64,000 bases of DNA from Candidatus Butyricicoccus stercorigallinarum (lineage in GTDB: Bacteria; Bacillota; Clostridia; Oscillospirales; Butyricicoccaceae), in NCBI GenBank assembly GCA_019112985.1, contig DXIG01000120.1, forward strand, positions 4,971 through 68,970, written 5' to 3'. The translations under genes were made by a program, and so were the position numbers. Of the stretch, positions 48,156-57,907 are shown one piece after another. The notes below the pieces were generated by a model that saw only the letters and a program-made list of their open reading frames with translations, was not told where the DNA came from and made no database searches. The stretch's first letter is position 1. Every line of letters starts with the position of its first letter.

Positions 48156-50447
48156 ATGGTGAAATTATATGACGGCGGTGTGTATCTGGTCGGCGGGAAG
48201 GAAATCGTCGCCGAGCAGGACGCGGCAAAGGTGCAGGCGCTGACCGGACAGGCAGCGAACCGGCAGGAGGCGAAGAAGGGCACGATCGCCTATTCCATTC
48301 TTTCCGCGCACAATACCTCCGGAGATATGGATAAGCTCAAAATCAAATTTGACGCCATGACGTCGCACGACATCACGTTCGTCGGCATCGTGCAGACCGC
48401 GAAGGCGTCCGGCATGGAGAAATTCCCCATCCCGTATGTCCTGACCAACTGCCACAACTCGCTGTGCGCGGTCGGCGGCACCATCAACGAGGACGACCAC
48501 GTGTTCGGCCTGTCCGCGGCGAAGAAGTACGGCGGCATCTATGTTCCGCCGCACCTGGCGGTCATCCACCAGTACATGCGCGAAAAGATGGCGGGCTGCG
48601 GCAAGATGATCCTCGGCTCGGACAGCCACACGCGCTACGGCGCGCTGGGAACGATGGCAATCGGCGAGGGCGGCGGCGAGCTGGTCAAGCAGCTGTTGTG
48701 CGACACCTATGACGTCAATTATCCGGGCGTTGTCGGCATCTATCTGGACGGCAAGCCGCAGCCGGGCGTCGGCTCGCAGGACATCGCGCTGGCGATTATC
48801 GGCGCCGTGTTCCAGTGCGGCTATGTCAAGAACAAGGTCATGGAGTTTGTCGGACCGGGCATCGCTTCGATGACGACCGACTTCCGCAACGGCGTCGATG
48901 TCATGACGACCGAGACCACCTGCCTGTCCTCCATCTGGTGCACGGACGACGACACCAAGGCCTATCTGACGATGCACGGCCGCGGCGGCGACTACAAGCA
49001 GCTGAACCCGGCGGACGTCGCGTACTACGACGGCATGGTCTATGTCGATCTGAGCACGGTCAAGCCGATGATCGCGCTGCCGTTCCATCCGAGCAACACG
49101 TATGAGATCGACGAGCTGAACGCCAACCTCGGCGACATCCTGCGTGCGGTGGAGAAAGACGCGGAGCGCCTGACCGGCGGCAATCCGGACATTCAGTTCA
49201 CGCTGACGGACAAGATCGTCGACGGCAAGCTGCTGGTGCAGCAGGGCATCATCGCCGGCTGCGCGGGCGGCGGCTATACCAATATCATGGAGGCGGCGCA
49301 CATTCTGCGCGGCGCGCAGTGCGGCGCGGACGAATTTACGCTGTCGGTCTATCCGTCCTCCATGCCGGTCTACATGGATCTCGTCAAGAAGGGCGCGGTA
49401 TCCGAGCTGATGGCGGCGGGCGCCGTGCTCAAGACGGCGTTCTGCGGGCCCTGCTTCGGCGCGGGCGACACGCCGGCGAACAACGGCCTGAGCATTCGCC
49501 ACACGACGAGAAATTTCCCGAACCGCGAGGGCTCCAAGCCGGGCAGCGGCCAGATGTCCGCCGTCGCGCTGATGGACGCGCGCTCCATCGCGGCGAGCGC
49601 CGCAAACGGCGGCGTGCTGACTCCGGCGACCGCTGTGGTGGACGACTACGTGGTACCGGAATACGAGTTCGACGATGCGGCGTACCGTTCCCGCGTCTAT
49701 CAGGGCTACAACGCGCCGGTAGAGGGCGCGGAGCTGGTCTACGGCCCGAACATCAAGGACTGGCCGGAGATGAGCGCGCTGACGGACAACATCCTGCTCA
49801 AGGTGTGCACCAAGATCATGGACGACGTCACCACGACCGACGAGCTGATCCCGTCCGGCGAGACCTCCTCGTACCGCTCCAACCCGCTGGGACTCGCGGA
49901 ATTTACGCTGTCCCGCCGCGACCCGCAGTATGTCGGACGCTCCAAGGCGGTCGACAAGCTGGAGAAGGCGCGCGCCGCCGGCCGCGATCCGGTCGAGCTC
50001 GAGCCGGAGCTGGCGCAGGTCTATGCGCAGATCCAGACCATCGATCCGGAGATGGTGCCGGCGGAGACCGAGATCGGCAGCATGATCTACTGCGTCAAGC
50101 CGGGCGACGGCTCGGCGCGCGAACAGGCGGCTTCCTGCCAGCGCGTCATCGGCGGTCTGGCCAACATCTGCCGCGAATACGCGACCAAGCGCTACCGCTC
50201 CAACGTCATGAACTGGGGCATGCTCCCGTTCCAGATGAAGGAGGAGCCGTCGTTTGAGGTCGGCGATTACATCTATATCCCGCACGTCAAGGCCGCGCTG
50301 GACGGCGACATGCAGGACATCAAGGCGTATGTGCTCGGCGAGCAGATGAAGGAGCTTTCGCTGTACATCGCGGACATGACGCCGGACGAAAAGAAGATCG
50401 TCAAGGCGGGATGTCTGATCAACTACAACCGCAACCGGAATCGTTAA
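48156..50447 (+). CDS. Aconitate hydratase (aconitase family)
   Basis: Start MVKLYDGG after [20 protein letters not shown] and SSYRSNP Fe-S ligand/swivel-domain motifs. Confidence 0.9.
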   Translation: MVKLYDGGVYLVGGKEIVAEQDAAKVQALTGQAANRQEAKKGTIAYSILSAHNTSGDMDKLKIKFDAMTSHDITFVGIVQTAKASGMEKFPIPYVLTNCHNSLCAVGGTINEDDHVFGLSAAKKYGGIYVPPHLAVIHQYMREKMAGCGKMILGSDSHTRYGALGTMAIGEGGGELVKQLLCDTYDVNYPGVVGIYLDGKPQPGVGSQDIALAIIGAVFQCGYVKNKVMEFVGPGIASMTTDFRNGVDVMTTETTCLSSIWCTDDDTKAYLTMHGRGGDYKQLNPADVAYYDGMVYVDLSTVKPMIALPFHPSNTYEIDELNANLGDILRAVEKDAERLTGGNPDIQFTLTDKIVDGKLLVQQGIIAGCAGGGYTNIMEAAHILRGAQCGADEFTLSVYPSSMPVYMDLVKKGAVSELMAAGAVLKTAFCGPCFGAGDTPANNGLSIRHTTRNFPNREGSKPGSGQMSAVALMDARSIAASAANGGVLTPATAVVDDYVVPEYEFDDAAYRSRVYQGYNAPVEGAELVYGPNIKDWPEMSALTDNILLKVCTKIMDDVTTTDELIPSGETSSYRSNPLGLAEFTLSRRDPQYVGRSKAVDKLEKARAAGRDPVELEPELAQVYAQIQTIDPEMVPAETEIGSMIYCVKPGDGSAREQAASCQRVIGGLANICREYATKRYRSNVMNWGMLPFQMKEEPSFEVGDYIYIPHVKAALDGDMQDIKAYVLGEQMKELSLYIADMTPDEKKIVKAGCLINYNRNRNR

Positions 50448-50455
50448 ATGAAATG

Positions 50456-50484
50456 GGGGAGAGGCCGCGCGGCCTCTCCCTTTT
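50456..50484 (+). terminator. Intrinsic terminator after the aconitase gene
   Basis: GGGAGAGGCC-GCGC-GGCCTCTCCC followed by TTTTT. Confidence 0.85.
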
Positions 50485-50550
50485 TGCGGTTGCATCCGCC
50501 CGCGTTTTGCGGTACAATAACCGGGAAGACAGAACACAGGAGGGAAACGT

Positions 50551-50724
50551 ATGCTGCCGAATGATCCGATCATGCTGCTCAGCTATGTCAACACTAAGCT
50601 GCGCGATTCCTACGCCACGCTCGATCTGCTTTGCAGCGACCTGAACATCGACCGCGACGCGCTCGTGCGCAAGCTGGACGCCGTCGATTACACCTACGAC
50701 GCCCGGCAAAACCGGTTTGTCTGA
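50551..50724 (+). CDS. DUF4250 domain protein (57 aa; below the ORF-track cutoff)
   Basis: AGGAGGG 6 nt upstream. MLPNDPIMLLSYVNTKLRDSYATLDLLCSDLNIDRDALVRKL. Confidence 0.7.
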   Translation: MLPNDPIMLLSYVNTKLRDSYATLDLLCSDLNIDRDALVRKLDAVDYTYDARQNRFV

Positions 50725-50987
50725 CCGGCGCGGTTTGGGCGAAGACGAGGGACGGCTCCCGCCGGTGCGGACGGCGCGGGGCTGTTTTCGCGCCTGCTGA
50801 AAATCCTGCGGCGCGCTCCGGCCAAAAATAGTGAAAAATACCATTGATTTTTGCACGAAAATCTGGTTATCTAATAGATAGACGTGATTTTACGGGGAAG
50901 CCGCCGCCACCGGACGCGCGGCCCCTCCGCGCCACCGTTGATATGCATGCGGTCATCCCGCAATCTGCACAGTGAGGTAATCCAAAC

Positions 50988-51860
50988 ATGAGTACGAAAG
51001 AAATGAAGCCGATCAAGGAAGGCAAGGTTCGCGAGATCTACGACAACGGCGACAGCCTGATTATGGTCGCAACCGACCGCATCAGCTGCTTCGACGTCAT
51101 CCTGAAAAACCAGGTCACCAGGAAGGGCACCGTGCTGACCCAGATGTCCAAGTTCTGGTTCGACATGACGCAGGATATCCTGCCCAATCATATGATTTCC
51201 GTCGATGTCAAGGATATGCCGGAATTTTTCCAGCAGCCGCAGTTTGACGGAAACAGCATGATGTGCCGCAAGCTGGAGATGCTCCCGGTGGAATGCATCG
51301 TCCGCGGCTATATCACGGGCAGCGGCTGGGCGAGCTACCAGAAGGACGGCACGGTCTGCGGCATCCGCCTGCCGGAAGGCCTCAAGGAGTCCGACAAGCT
51401 GCCTGAGCCGATCTATACGCCGTCCACCAAGGCGGAAATCGGCGACCACGACGAGAACATCTCCTACGAGCAGAGCATCGCCTATCTGGAAGAGCGTTTT
51501 CCGGGCAAGGGCGAGGAGTACGCCGCCAAGCTGCGCGACTACACGATTGCGCTGTACCGCAAATGCGCGGATTATGCGCTCAGCCGCGGCATCATCATCG
51601 CGGACACAAAGTTTGAGTTCGGTCTGGATGAGGCGGGCAACATCGTCATCGGCGACGAGATGCTGACGCCGGACAGCTCCCGCTTCTGGCCGGCAGAGGG
51701 CTATGAGCCGGGACACGGCCAGCCGTCGTTCGACAAGCAGTTCGCGCGCGACTGGCTCAAGGCCAACGAGCACGACTGGGAGTTGCCGCAGGAAATCGTG
51801 GACAAGACGATCGCCAAGTATCTCCAGGCATACGAGCTGCTGACTGGAACGCAGCTGTAA
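50988..51860 (+). CDS. purC: Phosphoribosylaminoimidazole-succinocarboxamide synthase
   Basis: EGKVREIYD, ATDRISCFD, IIADTKFEFG. Confidence 0.95.
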   Translation: MSTKEMKPIKEGKVREIYDNGDSLIMVATDRISCFDVILKNQVTRKGTVLTQMSKFWFDMTQDILPNHMISVDVKDMPEFFQQPQFDGNSMMCRKLEMLPVECIVRGYITGSGWASYQKDGTVCGIRLPEGLKESDKLPEPIYTPSTKAEIGDHDENISYEQSIAYLEERFPGKGEEYAAKLRDYTIALYRKCADYALSRGIIIADTKFEFGLDEAGNIVIGDEMLTPDSSRFWPAEGYEPGHGQPSFDKQFARDWLKANEHDWELPQEIVDKTIAKYLQAYELLTGTQL

Positions 51861-51943
51861 TCATCATCGACCGCATCGGGAGCGCCGGCGGCAGGTTTGG
51901 ACTGCCGCCGGCGTTTTTGTGCGTGGGAGGAGAGAAATCATTC

Positions 51944-53290
51944 ATGCTGATCAAAGAGAAGAGTTTTTACCGCTCGTTTTGCCTGCTGTGCCTGCCGATC
52001 GTCCTGCAAAACGTCATTTCGCTGAGCGTCAATCTGACGGACAACCTGATGCTCGGACGGTATGCGGAGAGCGCGCTCTCCGGCGTGACGGCGGTCAACC
52101 AGATTCAATTCATCTATCAAAACCTGCTGATGGGCATTGGCGACGGCATGGTCATCCTCGCCTCGCAGTACTGGGGGCGCAAGGACACCGCCGCCATCCG
52201 CAAGGCGGCGTGCGTCGCCATGCGGACAGCGCTTGTGTTGATGGCGCTGCTGTTTGCGGCCGTTTCGCTGTTCCCGACGCAGGCGGTGGGGCTGTTTACG
52301 GAGGATGCGGCCATCGTCGCGGAGGGCGTGCGCTATCTGAACATCGTCCGCTTTACCTATCCGTTTTTCTGCGTCACCATGATTCTGCTGGCGGTTCTGC
52401 GCAGCACAGAGGTCGTAAAAATTGCGTTCTATCTGTCGCTGAGCACGTTGGGCATCAATTTCTGCATCAACTGGCTGCTCATCTACGGGCACTGGGGTCT
52501 GCCGCGCCTGGGTGCGGCGGGCGCCGCCATCGGCACGCTGGTGGCGCGCATCGTCGAATGCGCCGTGCTGCTGTGGTACATCAAGAAGAAGGAAGTCAAC
52601 CTGCGCCTGAAGCTGCGCGATTTCCTGCACATGGATCGCGCAATGGCGGGGGACTACTTCCGCGTCAGCGCGCCGATCATCCTGCTGCAAAGCCTGTGGG
52701 GCGTCAACACGGCGCTGCAAACGGCGATTCTCGGACACCTGACCGCGAGCGCGATTGCGGCCAACAGCATGGCGTCCAACCTGTTCCTGATCGTCAAAAC
52801 GGTTGCAGTCGGCGCGGCCTCCACGGCGAACGTCATGATCGGCAAGGCGATCGGCGAGGGTGAGCTTCAGACCGTCAAGGACTATGCCAGGACGTTCCAG
52901 GTCGTCTTTTTGGGCATGGGCATCTGCTGCGGCCTCCTGCTGTTCGCGCTGACCGAGCCGGTGCTGGCGCTGTACAGCTTTTCCGACGAGAGCCGCCAGC
53001 TGGCGCGCGCGTTCCTGCACATCCTCTGCATCGTCATGGTCGGCATGTCCTACCAGATGCCGGTCAATTCCGGCGTCATCAAGGGCGGCGGCGATACGCG
53101 GTACGTGATGAAGCTCGACCTCATCAGCATCTGGTGCATCGTCATCCCGCTCTCGTTCGTCATGGCGTTTGTCGTCAAGGCGTCCCCGATTGTCGTCGTC
53201 TGGTGCCTGAATCTCGACCAGCTGTTCAAGTGCGTCCCGGCGTTTCTCAAGGTAAACTACGGCAACTGGATCAAAAAACTGACCCGATAA
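51944..53290 (+). CDS. MATE family efflux transporter
   Basis: ATG after GGGAGGAGAG. 12 TM segments. LPIVLQNVISLSVNLTDNLMLGR N-terminal pattern. Confidence 0.85.
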   Translation: MLIKEKSFYRSFCLLCLPIVLQNVISLSVNLTDNLMLGRYAESALSGVTAVNQIQFIYQNLLMGIGDGMVILASQYWGRKDTAAIRKAACVAMRTALVLMALLFAAVSLFPTQAVGLFTEDAAIVAEGVRYLNIVRFTYPFFCVTMILLAVLRSTEVVKIAFYLSLSTLGINFCINWLLIYGHWGLPRLGAAGAAIGTLVARIVECAVLLWYIKKKEVNLRLKLRDFLHMDRAMAGDYFRVSAPIILLQSLWGVNTALQTAILGHLTASAIAANSMASNLFLIVKTVAVGAASTANVMIGKAIGEGELQTVKDYARTFQVVFLGMGICCGLLLFALTEPVLALYSFSDESRQLARAFLHILCIVMVGMSYQMPVNSGVIKGGGDTRYVMKLDLISIWCIVIPLSFVMAFVVKASPIVVVWCLNLDQLFKCVPAFLKVNYGNWIKKLTR

Positions 53291-53291
53291 C

Positions 53292-53331
53292 AAAAAAGCG
53301 GCGCCGTCCCCGGCAAAGGGGCGGCGCCGTT
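53292..53331. terminator. Hairpin terminator between convergent genes
   Basis: CGGCGCCG-T-CCCC GGCAAA GGGG-CGGCGCCG with AAAAAA upstream, so it is stronger for the minus-strand gene. Confidence 0.6.
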
Positions 53332-53344
53332 TCGCGTCCGGCGG

Positions 53345-53953
53345 TTATGTCAGCAGCCGAATCAATAGCAGAACGGCAATCGCGACAAAGACAAGCGAAA
53401 AGAGTGGCGTTTCGGAAGACTGGTCGTTCCACTCGAATGGAATCGGGATGATATCCGGCTCGCTGCGGCGCCGTTTCCATTGGAATCCGTCCAGATGGAA
53501 CACAGAACGGGTGGGGTCTGCATACACCTGAACGGCCGTGGAAGCGAGATAACGGTGAATTGGCCTGCGGTAGGGCTGGCTTTCGATTGTCTCCATTGCG
53601 CCGGTTTGGGCGGAAAACAGCTCGACCCGGAGGCAATATTGTCTGTGAAAGCGCAGGCGGCCGTTCGTTTCGGAGACAGGCACCAGCTTTTGCGTGACGC
53701 CGACGATGCGCCCGCGCGCGGCGCGGCCGGACGAGATCGCCTGCGCCCGCCGCCTGCGGCAGAGCAGAGCGCTGCGGATGCTGCGGACCCCGGTGTATAG
53801 CGGCAGCAGACCGGCGACTGCGAACAGCAGCAGGGTCGGGGCGTCGCTGACAGACAGCTGCTTGGCAATCGCGGTATACCAGACGGCGGAAAACACGAGC
53901 GGAAGGGCGCCGCTGCCCAATTCTTCAGCGGCGGGGCGGATCTGGCGTTTCAA
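53345..53953 (-). CDS. Hypothetical membrane protein (two N-terminal TM segments, central beta-rich region, C-terminal TM segment)
   Basis: 202-aa ORF with protein-like composition and no confidently recognised family. Confidence 0.5.
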   Translation of the reverse strand: MKRQIRPAAEELGSGALPLVFSAVWYTAIAKQLSVSDAPTLLLFAVAGLLPLYTGVRSIRSALLCRRRRAQAISSGRAARGRIVGVTQKLVPVSETNGRLRFHRQYCLRVELFSAQTGAMETIESQPYRRPIHRYLASTAVQVYADPTRSVFHLDGFQWKRRRSEPDIIPIPFEWNDQSSETPLFSLVFVAIAVLLLIRLLT

Positions 53954-53983
53954 TGGACTTCCTCCTTCGCGTAGTTTTGGTTG

Positions 53984-54018
53984 AAAAAAAGAAAGAGCAA
54001 GCGAAAATTCGCTTGCTC
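53984..54018 (-). terminator. Terminator after tRNA-Pro
   Basis: On the minus strand: GAGCAAGCG-AATTTT-CGCTTGCTC followed by TTTCTTTTTTT. Confidence 0.8.
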
Positions 54019-54022
54019 CAAG

Positions 54023-54099
54023 TGGTCGAGGTGGCGGGACTTGAACCCACGGCCTCTGCGTCCCGAACGCAGCGCTCTACCAAACTGAGCCACACCTCG
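54023..54099 (-). tRNA. tRNA-Pro (anticodon CGG)
   Basis: Manual cloverleaf fold of the reverse complement: anticodon loop UUCGGGA with G37, TTCAAGT T-loop, encoded CCA. Confidence 0.92.
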
Positions 54100-54138
54100 T
54101 TAGTTTGTTTTGCAGCCTTTCTCGCTGCAACGATAATT

Positions 54139-54167
54139 ATTATAGCAGGCAATCTGCGCGCTGTCAA
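54139..54167 (-). promoter_or_regulatory. Consensus SigA promoter of tRNA-Pro
   Basis: On the minus strand: TTGACA, 17-nt spacer, TATAAT, then AATTATCGTTG. Confidence 0.8.
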
Positions 54168-54301
54168 CAAGTTTTTTCAAATCGCGCAAAGTTTTTCGCG
54201 GCGGGGGAATTTCTCTGTCAAATCGTGCAAAAAAAGAGAATTCCGCGACAAGGGAGGGGAATTGTGATACAATAAGGGCTGTATGGACAGGAGGAAACCG
54301 C

Positions 54302-54655
54302 ATGACAGGTCTGGGAACCGATATCATAGAAATTGCGCGCATTGAGCGGGCGCTGCGCCGCCCCGCGTTCGCGCGGCGCGTGTTTACGCCGGCCGAGCGC
54401 GACTGGCTGGCCGCGCGCGGCAACAGCATGCCGCAATCCGCCGCCGGGCTGTTCTGCGCCAAGGAGGCGGTCGCAAAGGCGCTGGGCACCGGCCTGCGCG
54501 ACGGGCTGAATTTGAACGACATTGAAATCGGCCATACGGCGCTGGGCGCGCCGGTCGTCGTGCGCCCCCGGCGGAATTTTTTGCTGAGCATCGCCCACTG
54601 CCAGAGTTACGCGACGGCGACGGCAATTCTGCTGGAGGGAGGAGACGCGGAATGA
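54302..54655 (+). CDS. acpS: Holo-[acyl-carrier-protein] synthase
   Basis: GLGTDIIEIARI..., FCAKEAVAKALG. Confidence 0.92.
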   Translation: MTGLGTDIIEIARIERALRRPAFARRVFTPAERDWLAARGNSMPQSAAGLFCAKEAVAKALGTGLRDGLNLNDIEIGHTALGAPVVVRPRRNFLLSIAHCQSYATATAILLEGGDAE

Positions 54656-55512
54656 CGGTCATCGATTGGGACTATGTCGCGGCGCAGCTGCGGCCGCGCG
54701 CGCCGGAGAGCGACAAAAACACCTATGGCCGCGTGCTCGCGGTCTGCGGCAGCCGGGACTACATCGGCGCGCCGTATTTTGCGGCGCAGGCCGCCGTGCG
54801 CACCGGCTCTGGCATCGTGACGCTCGCCGTGCCGCAGTGCATTTATCCGATTCTGGCGGGCAAGCTCAACGAGCCGACATTCCTGCCGCTGGAGACGGAC
54901 GCGGACGGCAAAATCACGGCGGAGAGCCTGCCGCCGCTCGCGCGGCGCGCGGCGATTCTGGTGGGGCCGGGGCTGGGCATCAGCGCGGGCGTCGCGCAGG
55001 CGGTGCAGACCATCCTCCGCGCGGCGGAATGCCCGGTCGTCGTGGACGCGGACGGCATAAATGTGCTCGCCGGACATATAGATGTACTGGAGGAAGCCAG
55101 GTACCCGGCGGTGCTGACCCCGCACGCGCGCGAGTTTGCACGCATCTGCGACATCGCGCGCACGGGAAGACCGGAGCAGGACGCCGCGGCGTTTGCGCGC
55201 AGGCACCGGTGCGTGCTGCTGCTCAAGGGACACCGCACAGTGGTTGCGGGACCGGATGGAACCGTGCTGCAAAATGTGCACGGCAATCCGGGCATGGCGA
55301 AGGGCGGCAGCGGGGACGTGCTGGCCGGCATTATCCTGTCCCTGCTGGGGCAGGGCGTGCCGCCGCTGGCGGCCGCCGCCTGCGGGGCCTATATCCACAG
55401 CCGGGCGGGCGATCTCTGCGCCAACGAAATCGGCGAATTCGGCATGACGCCGACGGATATGCTGTCCCGCATCGCGCAGGTACTCAAACCGCTGAACTCC
55501 AGGGAGTGGTGA
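54652..55512 (+). CDS. nnrD: ADP-dependent NAD(P)H-hydrate dehydratase
   Basis: KNTYGRVLAVCGSRDYIGAPYFAA, GPGLG, GGSGDVLAG. Confidence 0.88.
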   Translation: MTVIDWDYVAAQLRPRAPESDKNTYGRVLAVCGSRDYIGAPYFAAQAAVRTGSGIVTLAVPQCIYPILAGKLNEPTFLPLETDADGKITAESLPPLARRAAILVGPGLGISAGVAQAVQTILRAAECPVVVDADGINVLAGHIDVLEEARYPAVLTPHAREFARICDIARTGRPEQDAAAFARRHRCVLLLKGHRTVVAGPDGTVLQNVHGNPGMAKGGSGDVLAGIILSLLGQGVPPLAAAACGAYIHSRAGDLCANEIGEFGMTPTDMLSRIAQVLKPLNSREW

Positions 55513-55516
55513 GCAT

Positions 55517-56092
55517 TTGGTCGAACGCTGGTTTTGCGCCGCGGCGGCGCTGGTTCTGCTGACCGGCTGCTCTGCGGTCAAAAATCCGGAAAAGCTGGCC
55601 GCTTCGGTCAGGGACGTGTATGCGGCCGCGCCGTCGGTGGAGCTCGTTGTGGACATCACGTCCGATCTGGACGAGGAGACGATGACGTACCGCATCGGCT
55701 ACACACAGGAGCAGGACGAACAGGGCGTGTCGGCGGTCATGACCGTGCTCGCGCCGGCGTCTATCGCGGGCATTTCAGCGGAGATCACGGGGGAGGACTT
55801 TGTGTTTTCCTACGAGGACGCCGAGCTGGAGACCGCGATGCCGGACCGCAAGGGGCTGACGCCCGCCGACGTCCTCACCTATCTGCTGTATGACCTGAGG
55901 AACACTGTGCCCGCGCAGGTCTGGAAGGAAGGCGACTGGCTGGCGCTTCGGTATGAAGCGGTCACGGAGGCGTACACGGCGGTCAAGGAGGTCTACCTGC
56001 ACGCGCAGACGGGCGCGCTGCACGAGGCGCGGATTTACTGCGACGGAAAACAAATCATGCGCTGCGCGTTTGAATCGTGCGCGCTGAAATAG
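55517..56092 (+). CDS. Putative lipoprotein (positional equivalent of B. subtilis YdcC)
   Basis: Signal peptide with lipobox LLTGC. It sits between acpS/nnrD and alr. The TTG start is uncertain. Confidence 0.5.
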   Translation: MVERWFCAAAALVLLTGCSAVKNPEKLAASVRDVYAAAPSVELVVDITSDLDEETMTYRIGYTQEQDEQGVSAVMTVLAPASIAGISAEITGEDFVFSYEDAELETAMPDRKGLTPADVLTYLLYDLRNTVPAQVWKEGDWLALRYEAVTEAYTAVKEVYLHAQTGALHEARIYCDGKQIMRCAFESCALK

Positions 56093-56112
56093 AAAGTGAG
56101 CATCGACGAATC

Positions 56113-57279
56113 ATGGAAATTCCCAAGAATACCAGCCGAAGCTGGGCGGAAATCAATCTGAACAACCTTGCATTTAATTTTACGCAGATCAGACAGCACG
56201 TCAAGGCGATCCTGCCGGAGGCCAAGGTGCTCGGCGTCGTCAAGGCGGACGCATACGGACACGGCGCCGTGCAGACGGCGCAGACGCTGGTGCGCGCGGG
56301 CGCGGACTTTCTCGCGGTCGCGACCGCACTGGAGGGCGTGGAGCTGCGCGAGGCGGGCATTGCGCTGCCGATTCTGGTGCTCGGCTATGTCGGCGACGAA
56401 GACGTGCCGCTGCTGCTCCGGTACGACATCGCCGCTGCGCTGTGCGACCGGGACAACGCGGCGGCCTTTTCCCGGGCGGCGCAGGCGGCGGGCAAGCCGG
56501 TTCGCGTACATATTGCCCTCAACACCGGCATGACCCGCATCGGCTTTGAGACGCGCAGCACGAAGGAGGATGCCCGCGAGATTTTACAGGCGCTGGCGCT
56601 GCCGGGCATTCAGGCGGAAGGCGCGTTCACGCATTTCGCCGTCGCCGATGTGGACGGCGGCGAGGAGTTTACCGAGCTGCAATACCGCCGGTTTGTCGAC
56701 ATGTGTCAGGAACTGGAGCAGCACGGCGTGCACCTGCGCTACCGCCACTGCGCGAACAGCGCGGCGATTTTGCAGCACAGCCAGACGTTTACCACCGGGC
56801 TGTACCGGGACGGAGCCTTCAATATGGTGCGGGCGGGCATCATTCTCTACGGCTATTACCCGGACGCGACGACGAAAAAGACCGTGCCGCTCAAGCCGGT
56901 CATGACCGTCAAATCGCGCGTCGTGCAGGTGCGCGAGGTGCCGGCGGGCGATTCGATTGGCTACGGGCGCACGTACACGGCGGACAAACCGCTGCGCGTC
57001 GCGGTGTTCGCGATGGGCTACGCGGACGGATACCCGCGCTGCGTGAGCAACCGCATTTCCGTCGTCGTCGGCGGAAAGGTCGTGCCGTGCATCGGCCGCA
57101 TCTGCATGGACATGGCGTGGGCGGATGTGTCCGGCCTGGACGTGCGCCGCGGCGACGAGGTCGTGATCTTCGGCGAGGGGCCGGTGACGGCGGACACGCT
57201 GGCGGACGCCGCCGGTACGATTTCCTATGAGATCCTGTGCGATGTCGGCAAGCGCGTCCCGCGCCTCTATCTCGAATGA
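56113..57279 (+). CDS. alr: Alanine racemase
   Basis: VVKADAYGHG PLP-Lys motif and a GYADGYPR-type segment. Confidence 0.95.
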   Translation: MEIPKNTSRSWAEINLNNLAFNFTQIRQHVKAILPEAKVLGVVKADAYGHGAVQTAQTLVRAGADFLAVATALEGVELREAGIALPILVLGYVGDEDVPLLLRYDIAAALCDRDNAAAFSRAAQAAGKPVRVHIALNTGMTRIGFETRSTKEDAREILQALALPGIQAEGAFTHFAVADVDGGEEFTELQYRRFVDMCQELEQHGVHLRYRHCANSAAILQHSQTFTTGLYRDGAFNMVRAGIILYGYYPDATTKKTVPLKPVMTVKSRVVQVREVPAGDSIGYGRTYTADKPLRVAVFAMGYADGYPRCVSNRISVVVGGKVVPCIGRICMDMAWADVSGLDVRRGDEVVIFGEGPVTADTLADAAGTISYEILCDVGKRVPRLYLE

Positions 57280-57423
57280 CTGCCTGCAACCGCCGCGCGC
57301 GGATTGCATACGATGAGACAGAAAATATTCCTGCCATGCGCGATTAAAGCGATGGATTGCTGGGGAAAGTAACAGTAACAGGGGAAGCGACGGCTTCCAT
57401 CCGAAATTTCTTTCCTTTGGAGT

Positions 57424-57792
57424 GTGATTAGATTGGATCATCATGTCAAGCGCGGAGACATTTACTATGCAGACCTCTCGCCCGTTGTGGGCAGCGAGCA
57501 GGGCGGCATGCGCCCGGTGCTCATCGTGCAGAACAATGTCGGCAACCGCTACAGTCCAACCGTCATTGCCGCTGCGATTACATCGCAGGTCAACAAAGCG
57601 AAAATGCCGACACATATCGCCCTCGGCGCGCGCAGCTTCGGTCTGACGCGGGATTCCGTCATTCTGACCGAGCAGATCCGCACGCTGGATAAGCGCCGCC
57701 TGCGCGAGAAAATGGGCACGCTGGACGCCTCTCACATGGATGAAGTCGACCGCGCGCTGGCCGTCAGCTTTGGTCTGACCGCGCGGGAGTAA
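57424..57792 (+). CDS. mazF: MazF/PemK-family endoribonuclease toxin (EndoA/NdoA ortholog)
   Basis: [48 protein letters not shown] is near-identical in pattern to B. subtilis EndoA. Start is GTG 57424 or TTG 57433. Confidence 0.88.
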   Translation: MIRLDHHVKRGDIYYADLSPVVGSEQGGMRPVLIVQNNVGNRYSPTVIAAAITSQVNKAKMPTHIALGARSFGLTRDSVILTEQIRTLDKRRLREKMGTLDASHMDEVDRALAVSFGLTARE

Positions 57793-57846
57793 AAACGGTT
57801 TCGGCCGATGCTTACATAAAACACCGGCCGGAGTCGTCATAGTATG

Positions 57847-57884
57847 CCCCTGCATGGCATATGCTGTGCAGGGGGATTTTTTTT
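57847..57884 (+). terminator. Intrinsic terminator after mazF
   Basis: CCCCTGCA...TGCAGGGG followed by GATTTTTTTT. Confidence 0.8.
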
Positions 57885-57907
57885 GCCGGAGGAAAGGAGC
57901 TGAGGCC

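Noticed and set aside
50860-50987. Purine or ZTP riboswitch upstream of purC.
   Set aside because: The conserved cores recalled for both classes are absent. It is kept only as an unclassified leader in the findings.
57280-57423. Search for a MazE/EndoAI-type antitoxin ORF between alr and mazF.
   Set aside because: All three forward frames give only 19-23 aa ORFs (MTACNRRARIAYDETENIPAMRD, MRQKIFLPCAIKAMDCWGK) that end before the toxin. None is RHH/AbrB-like.
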